Below, one piece after another: positions 38,208-47,539 of a stretch of 64,000 bases of DNA. Under the pieces are notes generated by a model. That model worked only from the letters and a program-made list of their open reading frames with translations, was not told the DNA's origin and did no database searches. The DNA is taken from NCBI GenBank assembly GCA_965221775.1, contig CBDCSU010000006.1:1216001-1280000 (forward strand), read 5' to 3'. This stretch comes from Candidatus Latescibacterota bacterium. GTDB taxonomy: Bacteria; Latescibacterota; UBA2968; UBA8231. A program made the position numbers and the translations under genes. The first letter of the stretch is position 1. Each line of letters opens with the position of its first letter.

Positions 38208-38558
38208 ATGAGACTGAAACTGATCGTCGCCCTGGTGAGCGACGACAAGACCGATACCGTGGTCGATGCGGCGCGCGCCGGCGGCGCCACCGGCGCGACG
38301 ATCTTCACCGGCGTGCGCGGCGAAGGGCTGAAGCCCCAGAAGACCTTCTTCGGTCTCGACCTGGCGGCCCGGCGCGACGTCGTCCTCTTCCTGGTGGTCG
38401 AGCCACGGGCGCGCGACATTCTGGAACGGATCCGGGATGCCGGGCACTTCGAGGACGAGCCCGGCGCCGGCATCGCCTTCCAGGTTCCCATCGAGGACGC
38501 CGTCGGTCTCACCACCCAACTCCCCACCATCCTCGAAGAAGTGGATGACGAGATATGA
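38208..38558 (+). CDS. P-II-like signalling protein
   Basis: RBS AAGGAG; 'KLIVALV...AARAGGATGAT...RGEG...GIAFQVPIEDAVGL'. Confidence 0.88.
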   Translation: MRLKLIVALVSDDKTDTVVDAARAGGATGATIFTGVRGEGLKPQKTFFGLDLAARRDVVLFLVVEPRARDILERIRDAGHFEDEPGAGIAFQVPIEDAVGLTTQLPTILEEVDDEI

Positions 38559-38956
38559 ACGAGAAACGCATCATCCGCGTTGGAGACCTCATGGGCTCCA
38601 AGCTCTACACGATCGACCGGCTCGCCACCGTGGCCGAGGCGATGGCCCTCATGAAGCACCACGATGTCAGCTCGCTGGCCGTCGACCGGCGCGACGACGA
38701 CGACGAGTTCGGCCTGCTGGTGGTGGCGGACATCGCCCGCGAGGTGATCGCGAGGAACCGGGCCCCCGAGCGCGTCAACGTGTACGAGATCATGTCGAAG
38801 CCGGTGCTGACCCTGCCGTCGGCGATGCTCGCCCGCTACGCGGTGCGCCTCCTCGTGCGCTTCGAGCTCTCCCGCGCGGTAGTCGTCGACTACGAGCGCA
38901 CCCCCCTCGGCATGGTGACCCTGCGCGATCTCGTGCTGAGCCACGTGGAGGAGTGA
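38555..38956 (+). CDS. CBS-domain protein
   Basis: ATGA overlap; paired CBS motifs 'VGDLM', 'VYEIMSKPV', 'GMVTLRDLV'. Confidence 0.9.
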   Translation: MNEKRIIRVGDLMGSKLYTIDRLATVAEAMALMKHHDVSSLAVDRRDDDDEFGLLVVADIAREVIARNRAPERVNVYEIMSKPVLTLPSAMLARYAVRLLVRFELSRAVVVDYERTPLGMVTLRDLVLSHVEE

Positions 38957-38975
38957 CGCGCTCCGGGCGCCACGT

Positions 38976-39782
38976 TCACAAGTCGTACTCGCCGCGCGCG
39001 TTCCAGCCCGGGTACTGGTCTTCGAGGCGGGCCAGCGTCTCCCGGGTGTAGTACTCGTGGCCGGGGGGCGGAAAGCGGAAGAGGGCCCGCTCGCGCGCCG
39101 ACAGCCGGCCGATGAAACCCCGGAAGTGCTCGTTCATCCCCTGGTTGGTAAAGCTGCTCACGCCCTCCCAGTAGTGGTCGGCGCGGCCGTAGATCCGCGT
39201 GGCGGAATAGCGCTGCCCCTCGCTGCCCTTGAACACCGTCGCCGAGTGCCAGAGATGGGTGTGGAAGACCATGATCGTGTTCGCCGGCACGGTCAGCAGG
39301 ACCTGCTTGCTCAGGTCTTTCCCATGGGGCCTGGGCACGATCCGCATGGGCGCCTGGTTCTCGTCCACGGCTTCGGGGAAATACCATGTGCTGATCTGCG
39401 CGTAGCGCCGGTCGGATGTGGGAGGCAGGAGCGAGTTGTTGCCATTGTCGATGTGCAGGGGCCGCTGCTCGGCCCCGGGGTCGGGGTAGCGCGCCCAGTT
39501 GTGGGCGTAGCGGAAGAAGATGTCATCGGTGTCGAGGGCCCGCTGCACGAACTCGATGAGATCCCAGTCGATGATGAACTCATTGAAGAGCATGTCGGCG
39601 TAGGGGAAGTCGTCCCTCAAGAGCCGGTTTTCGGGCGGATCGTCGGCGATCTCCTCCCAGGGAGGGTGGGTCCGGCGGAGGCCCTCGGCGATCTCGGCCC
39701 GGCGTTCCTCCGGGTAGAAGTCCTCTACCACCACAAAGCCTTGCTCCAGGAAGGTCTGGTAATGATCGTCCGTCAGTTTCAT
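38976..39782 (-). CDS. phytanoyl-CoA dioxygenase (PhyH) family Fe/2OG enzyme
   Basis: 'FLEQGFVVVEDF', HxD 'LHIDNGN', distal His 'HLWHSAT'. Confidence 0.85.
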   Translation of the reverse strand: MKLTDDHYQTFLEQGFVVVEDFYPEERRAEIAEGLRRTHPPWEEIADDPPENRLLRDDFPYADMLFNEFIIDWDLIEFVQRALDTDDIFFRYAHNWARYPDPGAEQRPLHIDNGNNSLLPPTSDRRYAQISTWYFPEAVDENQAPMRIVPRPHGKDLSKQVLLTVPANTIMVFHTHLWHSATVFKGSEGQRYSATRIYGRADHYWEGVSSFTNQGMNEHFRGFIGRLSARERALFRFPPPGHEYYTRETLARLEDQYPGWNARGEYDL

Positions 39783-39868
39783 GCTCCCTCTCCACTGCGT
39801 TTCTGTTGCAGGCCGCTGTCCGTGCAACCAGTATAGTCGGCACCTTCCCCCCGACCCAAAGGAATCTC

Positions 39869-40717
39869 ATGAGCGCCGCCTGCCGTTACGAAGTCGTCGA
39901 ACAATGGGGCCTCGGCCCCCGGGGCCGCCCCATGGGCGGTGTCGTGCCCGCGGTGGCCGCCGACAGCCGCGGCCGGGTCTTCGTGGGCCGCCGTCATCCC
40001 CCCGCCCTGCTGGTGTACGACCGCGGCGGGGCCTATCTCGACACCTGGGGAGCCGGCCTGCTGAAGAACCCCCACCTCCTGTGGGTCGACGCCGAGGACC
40101 GGGTGTACGCGGCCGACACCGACGACCACACCATCCGCTGCTTCAGTCCGCGGGGGGAAGTGGTCCGCACGTGGGGCACGCCGGGCGTGCCGGGCGCGCC
40201 CGACCAGCCCTTCAACCAGCCCACGAAAGCGATGCGCGGCCCCTCCGGGGATCTCTACGTGTCCGACGGCTACGGCCAGTACCGCATCCACCGCTTCTCG
40301 GAGGCGGGAGAGTTGCTCCATTCCTGGGGATCGGCGGGCACCGGGCCGGGCCAGTTCGCCCTGCCTCACAGTCTCTGGGTCGACCGCGGCGAGCGCGTCT
40401 GGGCCGTGGACCGCGAGAACAACCGCATCCAGCGCTTCGACTCCGAGGGCCGCTACCTGGACGAGTGGACCGACCTGGTAATGCCCATGGATCTCTTCAT
40501 CACCCCGGACGATACGGTGTACATCGTCGAGGCTCACTCGCGCGTCAGCATCTTCGACATGGAGGGGCGGCTGCTGGCCCGCTGGGGCGAGGACGGATCC
40601 GCTCCCGGGCAATTCGCCGACGCCCCGCACAGCATCTGGGTGGACGACGAGGGCTCGCTCTACATCGGTGAAGTGGCCACCCTGCACGACAGGGTGCAGA
40701 AGTTCCGCCGCACATGA
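39869..40717 (+). CDS. NHL-repeat protein (peptidyl-alpha-hydroxyglycine alpha-amidating lyase-like)
   Basis: Repeats 'FNQPT...LYVSDGYG', 'GPGQFALPH', 'DRENNRIQRF'. Confidence 0.88.
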   Translation: MSAACRYEVVEQWGLGPRGRPMGGVVPAVAADSRGRVFVGRRHPPALLVYDRGGAYLDTWGAGLLKNPHLLWVDAEDRVYAADTDDHTIRCFSPRGEVVRTWGTPGVPGAPDQPFNQPTKAMRGPSGDLYVSDGYGQYRIHRFSEAGELLHSWGSAGTGPGQFALPHSLWVDRGERVWAVDRENNRIQRFDSEGRYLDEWTDLVMPMDLFITPDDTVYIVEAHSRVSIFDMEGRLLARWGEDGSAPGQFADAPHSIWVDDEGSLYIGEVATLHDRVQKFRRT

Positions 40718-41658
40718 TGGAACTCGTGAGGTATCCCGACAGCCGCATCGAGGTCCTCGACGAGCGCTTCGCCAGGTACAAGCTGGCCAACGCCGCCCTC
40801 GAGATGCTCTGGACCGGCGGGCGCTGGCTCGAGGGTCCCGTGTGGTTCGGCGACGGCCGCTACCTGCTGTTCAGCGACATCCCCAACAACCGCATTCTCA
40901 AGTGGGAAGAAGAGACCGGGGAGGTCTCGGTCTTCCGCAAGCCATCGAACAACACCAACGGCAACACGCGCGATCTCCAGGGACGCCTGCTGTCGTGCGA
41001 GCACGACACGCGCCGGGTCACGCGCACGGAGTACGATGGTTCGATCACCGTGTTGATCGATCGGTTCGAGGGCCGGCCGTTGAACGCCCCCAACGACATC
41101 GTGGTGAAGTCCGATGGGTCGATCTGGTTCACCGACCCCGGGTACGGCATCCTGATGGACTACGAGGGACATCGGGACGAGTTCGAGAATGCCGCCAATG
41201 TGTACCGCCTCGACCCGGATAGGGGGGAAGCGACGGTGGCGGCCGGGGATTTCCAGCGGCCCAACGGCCTCTGCTTCAGCCCGGACGAGTCGCGCCTCTA
41301 CATCGTCGACACGGGGCGCTCCGACGGCCCCGAATACCCCACCCACATCCGCGTCTTCGACGTCCACGGCGACCGCCTTGCCAACGGCCGCGTCTTCGCG
41401 GACATGGAACCCGGCTCGTCGGACGGGGTCCGCACCGACGTGGACGGCAACCTGTGGTCAGGCGCCTGCTGGGGGGGCGAGGGCTACGACGGCGTCCACT
41501 GCTTTGCCCCCGACGGCACCCTGATCGGCAAGATCCACCTGCCGGCGCCCTGCGCCAACCTCTGCTTCGGCGGCCCGAAGCGGAACCGGCTGTTCATCAC
41601 CTGCTCGCAGTCGCTGTTCTCTGTGTACGTCGAGACGAACGGCGCTCAGAAGCCGTAG
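40714..41658 (+). CDS. SMP-30/gluconolactonase/LRE family protein
   Basis: 'WLEGPVW', 'SDIPNNRI', 'LNAPND', 'RPNGLCFSPDE', 'DGVRTDVDGNLW'. Confidence 0.92.
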   Translation: MMELVRYPDSRIEVLDERFARYKLANAALEMLWTGGRWLEGPVWFGDGRYLLFSDIPNNRILKWEEETGEVSVFRKPSNNTNGNTRDLQGRLLSCEHDTRRVTRTEYDGSITVLIDRFEGRPLNAPNDIVVKSDGSIWFTDPGYGILMDYEGHRDEFENAANVYRLDPDRGEATVAAGDFQRPNGLCFSPDESRLYIVDTGRSDGPEYPTHIRVFDVHGDRLANGRVFADMEPGSSDGVRTDVDGNLWSGACWGGEGYDGVHCFAPDGTLIGKIHLPAPCANLCFGGPKRNRLFITCSQSLFSVYVETNGAQKP

Positions 41659-41680
41659 GGATCCACCTGACCCACTCGGC

Positions 41681-42220
41681 ATGGTGACCCACCAGTTCAC
41701 ATACGAGGACTACCAGCACACACCGGAGGACCAGCGCTTCGAGCTGTTGGACGGAGAGCTGATCATGGTTCCCGCGCCCAACCTGAGACACCAGAGGATC
41801 GGCACCAGGCTGGGGGCGCTGCTCCATGCATTCGTGCAGCAGGGGGGCCTGGGGGAGGTCTTCCACGCCCCCTGCGACGTGGTGCTGTCGAACACCGACG
41901 TGGTGCAGCCCGACCTGCTGTTCGTATCCGTCGAGCGCGCCCACCTGCTGCTCGGCGGCGACAACGTCCTCGGGGCACCGGACCTCGTCGTCGAGATCCT
42001 GTCGCCCGCCACCGCCGGGCGGGACCGGACGCTCAAACGGTCCCTGTACGCCAGGCACGGCGTGAAGGAGTACTGGCTCGTCGATCCAGAGGCCCGGACG
42101 GTGACGGTACTGGGCCTGGGGGCTGGCGACTTCGAGGTGGTGGGCACCTACGGCGAGGGCCAGACCATGGCCTCGCCCACGCTCTCGGGCTTCAGCGCCG
42201 GCTTGGACGAGTTCCTGTAG
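41681..42220 (+). CDS. Uma2 family PD-(D/E)xK endonuclease-fold protein
   Basis: 'FELLDGELIMVPAP..RHQ', 'VQPDL', 'APDLVVEILSP', 'GVKEYWLVDP'. Confidence 0.92.
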   Translation: MVTHQFTYEDYQHTPEDQRFELLDGELIMVPAPNLRHQRIGTRLGALLHAFVQQGGLGEVFHAPCDVVLSNTDVVQPDLLFVSVERAHLLLGGDNVLGAPDLVVEILSPATAGRDRTLKRSLYARHGVKEYWLVDPEARTVTVLGLGAGDFEVVGTYGEGQTMASPTLSGFSAGLDEFL

Positions 42221-42234
42221 AGAGCCGGCCGCCC

Positions 42235-43209
42235 CTACTCGAAGCTGAGCACCACCTTCACCGCCCCGTGGGCGGGATCCTCGAAGGCCATCTCGAAGGC
42301 CTGCTGGATGCGCTCGAAGGGGAGCACGTGGGTGATCATGGGGCGCACGTCGACGCGGCCTTCGGTGATCCACTGCAGGGCGGTGGCGTAGTCGGCGTGG
42401 GGGTCGGGCCCCACGGTGGTGACGATGCGGGTCTCGTTGCCGAACATCCCCAGGAAGTGGAGCGACATCACCCCCCGGCCCTCTTCCTTGTTGGGCACTC
42501 CGAAGTAGAGGATGGTGCCGCCGCGGCGCACGAGGCCGGCGGCCTGGTGGAAGGTGGACTCCAGGCCCACGGCCTCGACCGCCATGTGGGGCAGCTCGCC
42601 GCCGGTGATCGCCAGCACCCGGTCCCGCAGGCCGTCTCCCGGGGCCAGGGCGTGGGTGGCGCCCATCTTCGCGGAGACCTGGCGGCGGTGGGCCAGCGGG
42701 TCCACGGCGACGATGCGGCGGGCGCCGAGGTTGCGCAGGGCGGCGTTGAAAAGCTGTCCCACCGGCCCCTGGCCGATGACCACCACGTCCTGGCCGATGA
42801 GGTTGCCGAGCTTGTAGAAGGCGTGCAGCACGGTGCCGAAGAGCTGGCTCATGAGCACCACCTCGGGCTCGGCATCGGCGGGCAGGCGGATGCAGCTGCC
42901 ATCGTCGGTGGCCAGGCAGTACTCCTGGTAGAGGGGCCGGTCGAAGCCGTAGAGCAACACCTGCTCCCCCTCGGCGTAGCGGCCTGAAGGACAGGCGGCC
43001 ACCACGCCCATGGCCTCGTGGCCGCTGGTCCCCGGCGCCAGGGGGTAGTCGCCGCCGAGGCCGACCCAGCATGGCTTGTCGGTGCCGCAGATCGCCGTGC
43101 GCCGCAGCCGGACGAGCATCGTCCCCTCCACGGGCTCCGGGATCTCCTGCTCCAGCAACTCCCAGCGCCGGGGCGCCACGAGTCTGGCCGATCTCATCAT
43201 TCGCTTCAT
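42235..43209 (-). CDS. zinc-binding alcohol dehydrogenase (MDR) family
   Basis: 'ICGTD', 'GHE', Rossmann 'IGQGPVG', 'MITHVLPFE'. Confidence 0.9.
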   Translation of the reverse strand: MKRMMRSARLVAPRRWELLEQEIPEPVEGTMLVRLRRTAICGTDKPCWVGLGGDYPLAPGTSGHEAMGVVAACPSGRYAEGEQVLLYGFDRPLYQEYCLATDDGSCIRLPADAEPEVVLMSQLFGTVLHAFYKLGNLIGQDVVVIGQGPVGQLFNAALRNLGARRIVAVDPLAHRRQVSAKMGATHALAPGDGLRDRVLAITGGELPHMAVEAVGLESTFHQAAGLVRRGGTILYFGVPNKEEGRGVMSLHFLGMFGNETRIVTTVGPDPHADYATALQWITEGRVDVRPMITHVLPFERIQQAFEMAFEDPAHGAVKVVLSFE

Positions 43210-43288
43210 GGCGGGCGCAAGCTATCGCCCGGCGGCAGCCCTGTCGAGAGCTTGCCCCCCCGCGGGCGGCACCTGAGATTCGGCGGCC

Positions 43289-44038
43289 ATGAGCGCCCTC
43301 GGCCTGCTGGTTCCGCTCGCGGCCTCGGCCCTGGCCGCGGTCCCCGCCAAGGGCCAGTTCCCCCCGGTCCGCCTCGACACCAGCGACGTGATCACCTACC
43401 GCGCCCTCAAGCGCGGCGACTTCCGCGCCGAGCACCCGCCCAAGGCCTTCCTGGGCATCCACGTGCCGCGGCCGGTGGCCGTCTCCTGCGCCTACGTGGC
43501 CCCCGACCCCCGGGCCCGGGTCTTCGCCGAGCCGATCCGCCCGGGGGGCGAGGGCCCCTACCGGCCGCGCGTCGAGAACCTCGCCTTCCGCGGCCTGTTC
43601 TCGCGCTCCTGCTCCTGGTGGAACCAGGAGCACGGCCTCTCGCCCATGTACGTCCTGGAGCACGAGCAGATCCACTTCGCCCTCTCCGAGGTGGCGGCGC
43701 GGAAGCTGAACCGCGACGTGCCGCGGATGCTCACCTCGGCCTCCGTGGAGTCGGCGTCGGCCGACTCGGTGATCACCCTCGCCCGGCGGCGGATCCAGGC
43801 CGCCCTGGAGCGCACCATCGCCGAGACGGGGAAGCTGAACCTGGAGTTCGACCGCGCCACCTCCTTCGGCTTCTCGCTTCATCTCCAGGAGGCCTGGCGC
43901 CTGCGGGTGGAGAAGGACCTGGAGGAGCTGGCACGGTTCGCCGCCGACCGGCCCCCCGGCCGGAGAGGGCCGCCAGGGACTGTCGAGGCCCCCGCGATCC
44001 CAAGGCCCAGACGTATCCCGGAAGGAGCCGCCGAGTGA
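43289..44038 (+). CDS. secreted DUF922-like putative Zn-dependent peptidase
   Basis: Signal peptide; 'VLEHEQIHFALSEVAARKL' HExxH motif. Confidence 0.65.
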   Translation: MSALGLLVPLAASALAAVPAKGQFPPVRLDTSDVITYRALKRGDFRAEHPPKAFLGIHVPRPVAVSCAYVAPDPRARVFAEPIRPGGEGPYRPRVENLAFRGLFSRSCSWWNQEHGLSPMYVLEHEQIHFALSEVAARKLNRDVPRMLTSASVESASADSVITLARRRIQAALERTIAETGKLNLEFDRATSFGFSLHLQEAWRLRVEKDLEELARFAADRPPGRRGPPGTVEAPAIPRPRRIPEGAAE

Positions 44039-44189
44039 GTACCGGCCGCGGATCCGTCGGCGGCTGGCGGCGCGTGCCTGGTGATGTGCCTCCTGGGGGG
44101 AGCAATTCCCGCGAGGAGCAGCCCCCTGGGTGCGCGCCGGCGCCCAGACGCGGCCGGCGGCCGAGACACCCTTCGCGGCGAGCCGACAG

Positions 44190-45056
44190 GTGAGCCCCGA
44201 ACACCCGCGACTCCCTCCGACGCCGCTGCTGACGACGGCGGCGACCGCTCTTCCGGCGCTCGAGTTCCTGCGCGCCTGCGGCGAGGTCTTCGCCCGCTTC
44301 GGCGAGGAGACGCAGGACTCGGGCAACATCTCCTATGGCGTGGACATCGAAGGGCGCCGGTTCTTCGTCAAGACCCCGGGCGACCTCGGGCTCTCCACCG
44401 CCTGGGCCGACCACCGCGCCCGGGGCAATCTCCTCAGGAACGCCGCCGTCCTCGCCCGCTCCCTCACCCACCGGGCCCTGCCAACCCTCCACCACGTCGT
44501 CGAAGCGCCGGACGGCCCCCTGCTGGTCTACGACTGGGTCGAGGGCCTGCTGCTGCGGGTCGAGGCCGAGGAGCGGACCCGCCCGGGCTCCTCCTTCTAC
44601 CGGTTCGTGCACCTGCCGCAAGAGACGATCCTCCGGGCCCTCGACGAGATCTACGACGTCCACCGCCGGCTGGCGGCGCGCGGCTGGATCGCCTGCGACT
44701 TCTACGACGGATGCGTGATCTACGACTTCGACCGCCAAGTCGCTCATATCGTCGACCTGGACAACTACCAGCGCGGGCCCTTCGTCAACGAGATGGGGCG
44801 CATGTTCGGCTCGACGCGGTTCATGGCCCCGGAGGAGTTCACGCGGGGGGCCCGCATCGACGAGGGCACCACCGTCTTCACCATGGGGCGGGCGGCAGCC
44901 GTCTTCTTCGAGCCGACCGGAGTCCCCGGCGAACTCCGCGAGGTCGTCGAGCGCGCCTGCCGCGAGGAGCTGGCGGAGCGCTACCCGACCATGGCTGCTT
45001 TCCATGAGGCGTGGATGGGGGCGCGCGACGGCGCCGCGACCCGTCAGGGGCGTTGA
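44190..45056 (+). CDS. Ser/Thr protein kinase-like protein
   Basis: 'FFVKT', catalytic-loop variant 'IACDFYDG', 'VDLD', 'GSTRFMAPEE'. Start uncertain (44130 or GTG 44190). Confidence 0.8.
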   Translation: MSPEHPRLPPTPLLTTAATALPALEFLRACGEVFARFGEETQDSGNISYGVDIEGRRFFVKTPGDLGLSTAWADHRARGNLLRNAAVLARSLTHRALPTLHHVVEAPDGPLLVYDWVEGLLLRVEAEERTRPGSSFYRFVHLPQETILRALDEIYDVHRRLAARGWIACDFYDGCVIYDFDRQVAHIVDLDNYQRGPFVNEMGRMFGSTRFMAPEEFTRGARIDEGTTVFTMGRAAAVFFEPTGVPGELREVVERACREELAERYPTMAAFHEAWMGARDGAATRQGR

Positions 45057-45160
45057 TGGCGGCGCACGGGTGGCCAGGAACGGGCTGAGCGGGCGTTGCG
45101 GATTCCGGATGCTTCCGGGATATTCGCTGGGCCTTCACCAAAACCACGGAGAGAAACCCG

Positions 45161-45736
45161 ATGACCCGCGCTTCACTGACCCTCTCGCTGGCCCTGGCCC
45201 TGGCGGTCGCCCACCTGTCCACCGCTCCGCACGCGGCCCTCGCGCAGGATGACCTTCTCGCCGCGGCCGACGTGGTCGACCGGGAAACGCTCAAGGAGTT
45301 CGTCCTGGGCGCCAAGGGCCTGCTCGACGCCACCACCACGGACGAGGAACTGCAGGCCGTCCTCGCCGACCTGCGCACCGAGCGCTGGAGGGAGGGGGCG
45401 ATCTACATCTTCATCACCAGTTTCGACGGCACCAGCTTCTTCCACGGCGCCAACCCCGCCCGCGAAGGCACCAACAACTACGAGCAGGAGGACGCCAACG
45501 GGGTCAAGATCGTGCAGGAGCTGATCAAGGCGGCCGAGGCCGGGGGAGGGTGGGTGCACTACCTCTTCGACAACCCCGCCGTCGAGGGACCCGACGAGTC
45601 CCCCAAGGTGAGCTACGCCGCCCCCATCGAGATCCAGGGCAACAGCTACTACATCGGCGCCGGGCTGTACCTCGATCCGGAGCAGACCAACGTGGCGCCG
45701 GCCTCGTGGGGCACCCTGAAAGAGCGGAGCCCATAG
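45161..45736 (+). CDS. secreted stand-alone Cache-domain protein with C-terminal SWGxxK tail
   Basis: Signal peptide; 'IYIFI', 'DANGVKIVQELI', 'GGGWVHYLFDNP', 'PKVSYA'; ends TNVAPASWGTLKERSP. Confidence 0.85.
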   Translation: MTRASLTLSLALALAVAHLSTAPHAALAQDDLLAAADVVDRETLKEFVLGAKGLLDATTTDEELQAVLADLRTERWREGAIYIFITSFDGTSFFHGANPAREGTNNYEQEDANGVKIVQELIKAAEAGGGWVHYLFDNPAVEGPDESPKVSYAAPIEIQGNSYYIGAGLYLDPEQTNVAPASWGTLKERSP

Positions 45737-45801
45737 GGGAGGCGCCGCTCGCGCCGCGGCCCTGCCCCACGCATCTGGAACCACATTCCCGGGAAAGCGC
45801 C

Positions 45802-46770
45802 ATGTCCTGCAAGTTCATGTTCCTGCCGCCGGTCGACGACCGCCGCCGCCGCTGGGCCGAAGCCCTCGGCGAGGCGGTGCCGGAGATCGAGATCCTGTTG
45901 CCCGAGTCGCGGGAGGAAGCGCTTGAGCGGATCGGCGAGGTCCGCGGCGCCTTCGGCACCCTCGACCCGGAGCTGCTGGCCGCCGCCCGGGAGCTGACCT
46001 GGCTGTGCGCGCCGGCGGCGGGGCCGGGCCCGGGGTTCTACTTCCCGGAGCTGGTCGACAGCGACGTGACGGTCACCAACCAGCGCGGCATCTACTCCGA
46101 CCACATCTCGGCCCACATCATGGCCTTCGTCCTCGCCTTCGCGCGGGGCCTGCACCTCTACATGCCGCAGCAGCTCGAGGGAGTGTGGATCTCGGCCGGG
46201 GAGGCCGCCCCCACCGTGCATCTGCCCGAGGCGACGGCCGTCCTCATCGGCGCCGGCGGCATCGGCGGCGAGACGGCGCGGCATCTGGCCCACTTCGGCA
46301 TGCACGTCATCGCCATCGACCCGCGGGTGCCCGAGCCGCCCGAGGGGGTCCATGAGCTGCACCGGCCCGAGGCCCTGGACGAGCATCTCGGCCGCGGCGA
46401 CTTCGTCATCCTGACGGCGCCCCAGACGCCGGCCATGGAGGGCCTGATGAACGCCGAGCGGCTGGCGCGGATGAAGCCCACCGGCGTGCTGATCAACATC
46501 GGCCGGGGCGTGAACGTGGTCCTCGACGATCTGGCCGACGCCCTGTACGCGGGCACCATCGGCGGCGCCGCCCTCGACGTCTTCGAGATCGAGCCGCTGC
46601 CCGAGGGCCACCGGCTGTGGAAGGCGCCCAACTTCCTGATGACGCCCCACGTGGCCGGCGCCGGCCCCTACCTCGAGGACCGGCGCCTGCAGCTGCTCAT
46701 CGACAACTGCCGCCGCCTGCGCGACGGCGAAGAGCTGGTCAACGTGGTGGACAAGAAGAACTGGTTCTAG
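45802..46770 (+). CDS. D-2-hydroxyacid dehydrogenase
   Basis: 'IGAGGIG', 'MKPTGVLINIGRG', 'ALDVFEIEPLP', 'TPHVAG'. Confidence 0.93.
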   Translation: MSCKFMFLPPVDDRRRRWAEALGEAVPEIEILLPESREEALERIGEVRGAFGTLDPELLAAARELTWLCAPAAGPGPGFYFPELVDSDVTVTNQRGIYSDHISAHIMAFVLAFARGLHLYMPQQLEGVWISAGEAAPTVHLPEATAVLIGAGGIGGETARHLAHFGMHVIAIDPRVPEPPEGVHELHRPEALDEHLGRGDFVILTAPQTPAMEGLMNAERLARMKPTGVLINIGRGVNVVLDDLADALYAGTIGGAALDVFEIEPLPEGHRLWKAPNFLMTPHVAGAGPYLEDRRLQLLIDNCRRLRDGEELVNVVDKKNWF

Positions 46771-46797
46771 GCCGCGGCCCCGAGCCGGGCGCGCGGA

Positions 46798-47445
46798 TCA
46801 GCCGGCGGCGGCGGGCAGGCTGCCCACGATCAGCAGCCAGCCGTGGGTCTTCACCGGCCGCCGGACCTCCCACTCCTTCAGCTCGCCCCCCAGGTTCTTC
46901 TCGGCGCGTTCGCACAGCTCGTCGAAGGGAGGGCGGCCCGGGTCGGCGATGATGATCTGCTCGACGCCGGCGCGCGTCGCCTTGCGGATCATCCGGTAGA
47001 GAGGGTCGACCATCTCGTCCCAGAAGCAGATGTCGGCGCCCAGGATCACGCGGGTGCCGTCCAGCTGGGCCTTGGTGAGCTTCTCGAAGCGGGAGCGGCG
47101 CGTCTGCAGGGTCACGCCGTTGACCTCGGCGTGCAGGTGCAGGTAGGGGAAGACCTTGGCGTCGGCGTCGACGCCCACGACCTCGGCGCCGTGCTTCCTG
47201 GCGCAGTAGATGCCGAGGAGCCCCCAGCCGCAGCCGACCTCCATCACCCGGGCGCCGGCGGGCAGGCCCTGGCGCTCGAGGAAGTCCATGATCAGGTAGC
47301 TGCTGTTCCAGAACCGGTCGCCGTGGATCTCCGGCTCGTGGTCCTTCTTCAGGGCCCGCACCCGCGGATGGCCGGGCTTGAGGATGGTCACGCCGTAGGC
47401 CTCGCGCTGCGTCGTCTTGTCGGACTTGTGCTTGTTCTTGCCCAT
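46798..47445 (-). CDS. class I SAM-dependent methyltransferase (Methyltransf_16/lysine-MTase-like)
   Basis: 'FWNSSYL', 'VMEVGCGWGL', 'ILGADICFWDE', 'IADPGRP'. Confidence 0.82.
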   Translation of the reverse strand: MGKNKHKSDKTTQREAYGVTILKPGHPRVRALKKDHEPEIHGDRFWNSSYLIMDFLERQGLPAGARVMEVGCGWGLLGIYCARKHGAEVVGVDADAKVFPYLHLHAEVNGVTLQTRRSRFEKLTKAQLDGTRVILGADICFWDEMVDPLYRMIRKATRAGVEQIIIADPGRPPFDELCERAEKNLGGELKEWEVRRPVKTHGWLLIVGSLPAAAG

Positions 47446-47539
47446 GTCTCGACGGGGAGAGAGATTCAGGTGCTTCTGTGCAAGGGGAAGAAGTGCGAAA
47501 CCTAGGCATTCGTCCGATGGCGGCAACCGGCGGCGCTCC

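Noticed and set aside
39805-39837. Inverted repeat GTTGCA-N12-TGCAAC next to TATAGT between divergent genes
   Set aside because: A 6-bp arm palindrome can occur by chance, and no regulator gene or second copy was seen.
41681-42220. Uma2 nuclease as part of a defence system
   Set aside because: Solitary member of a commonly expanded family in a metabolic neighbourhood; no partner genes.
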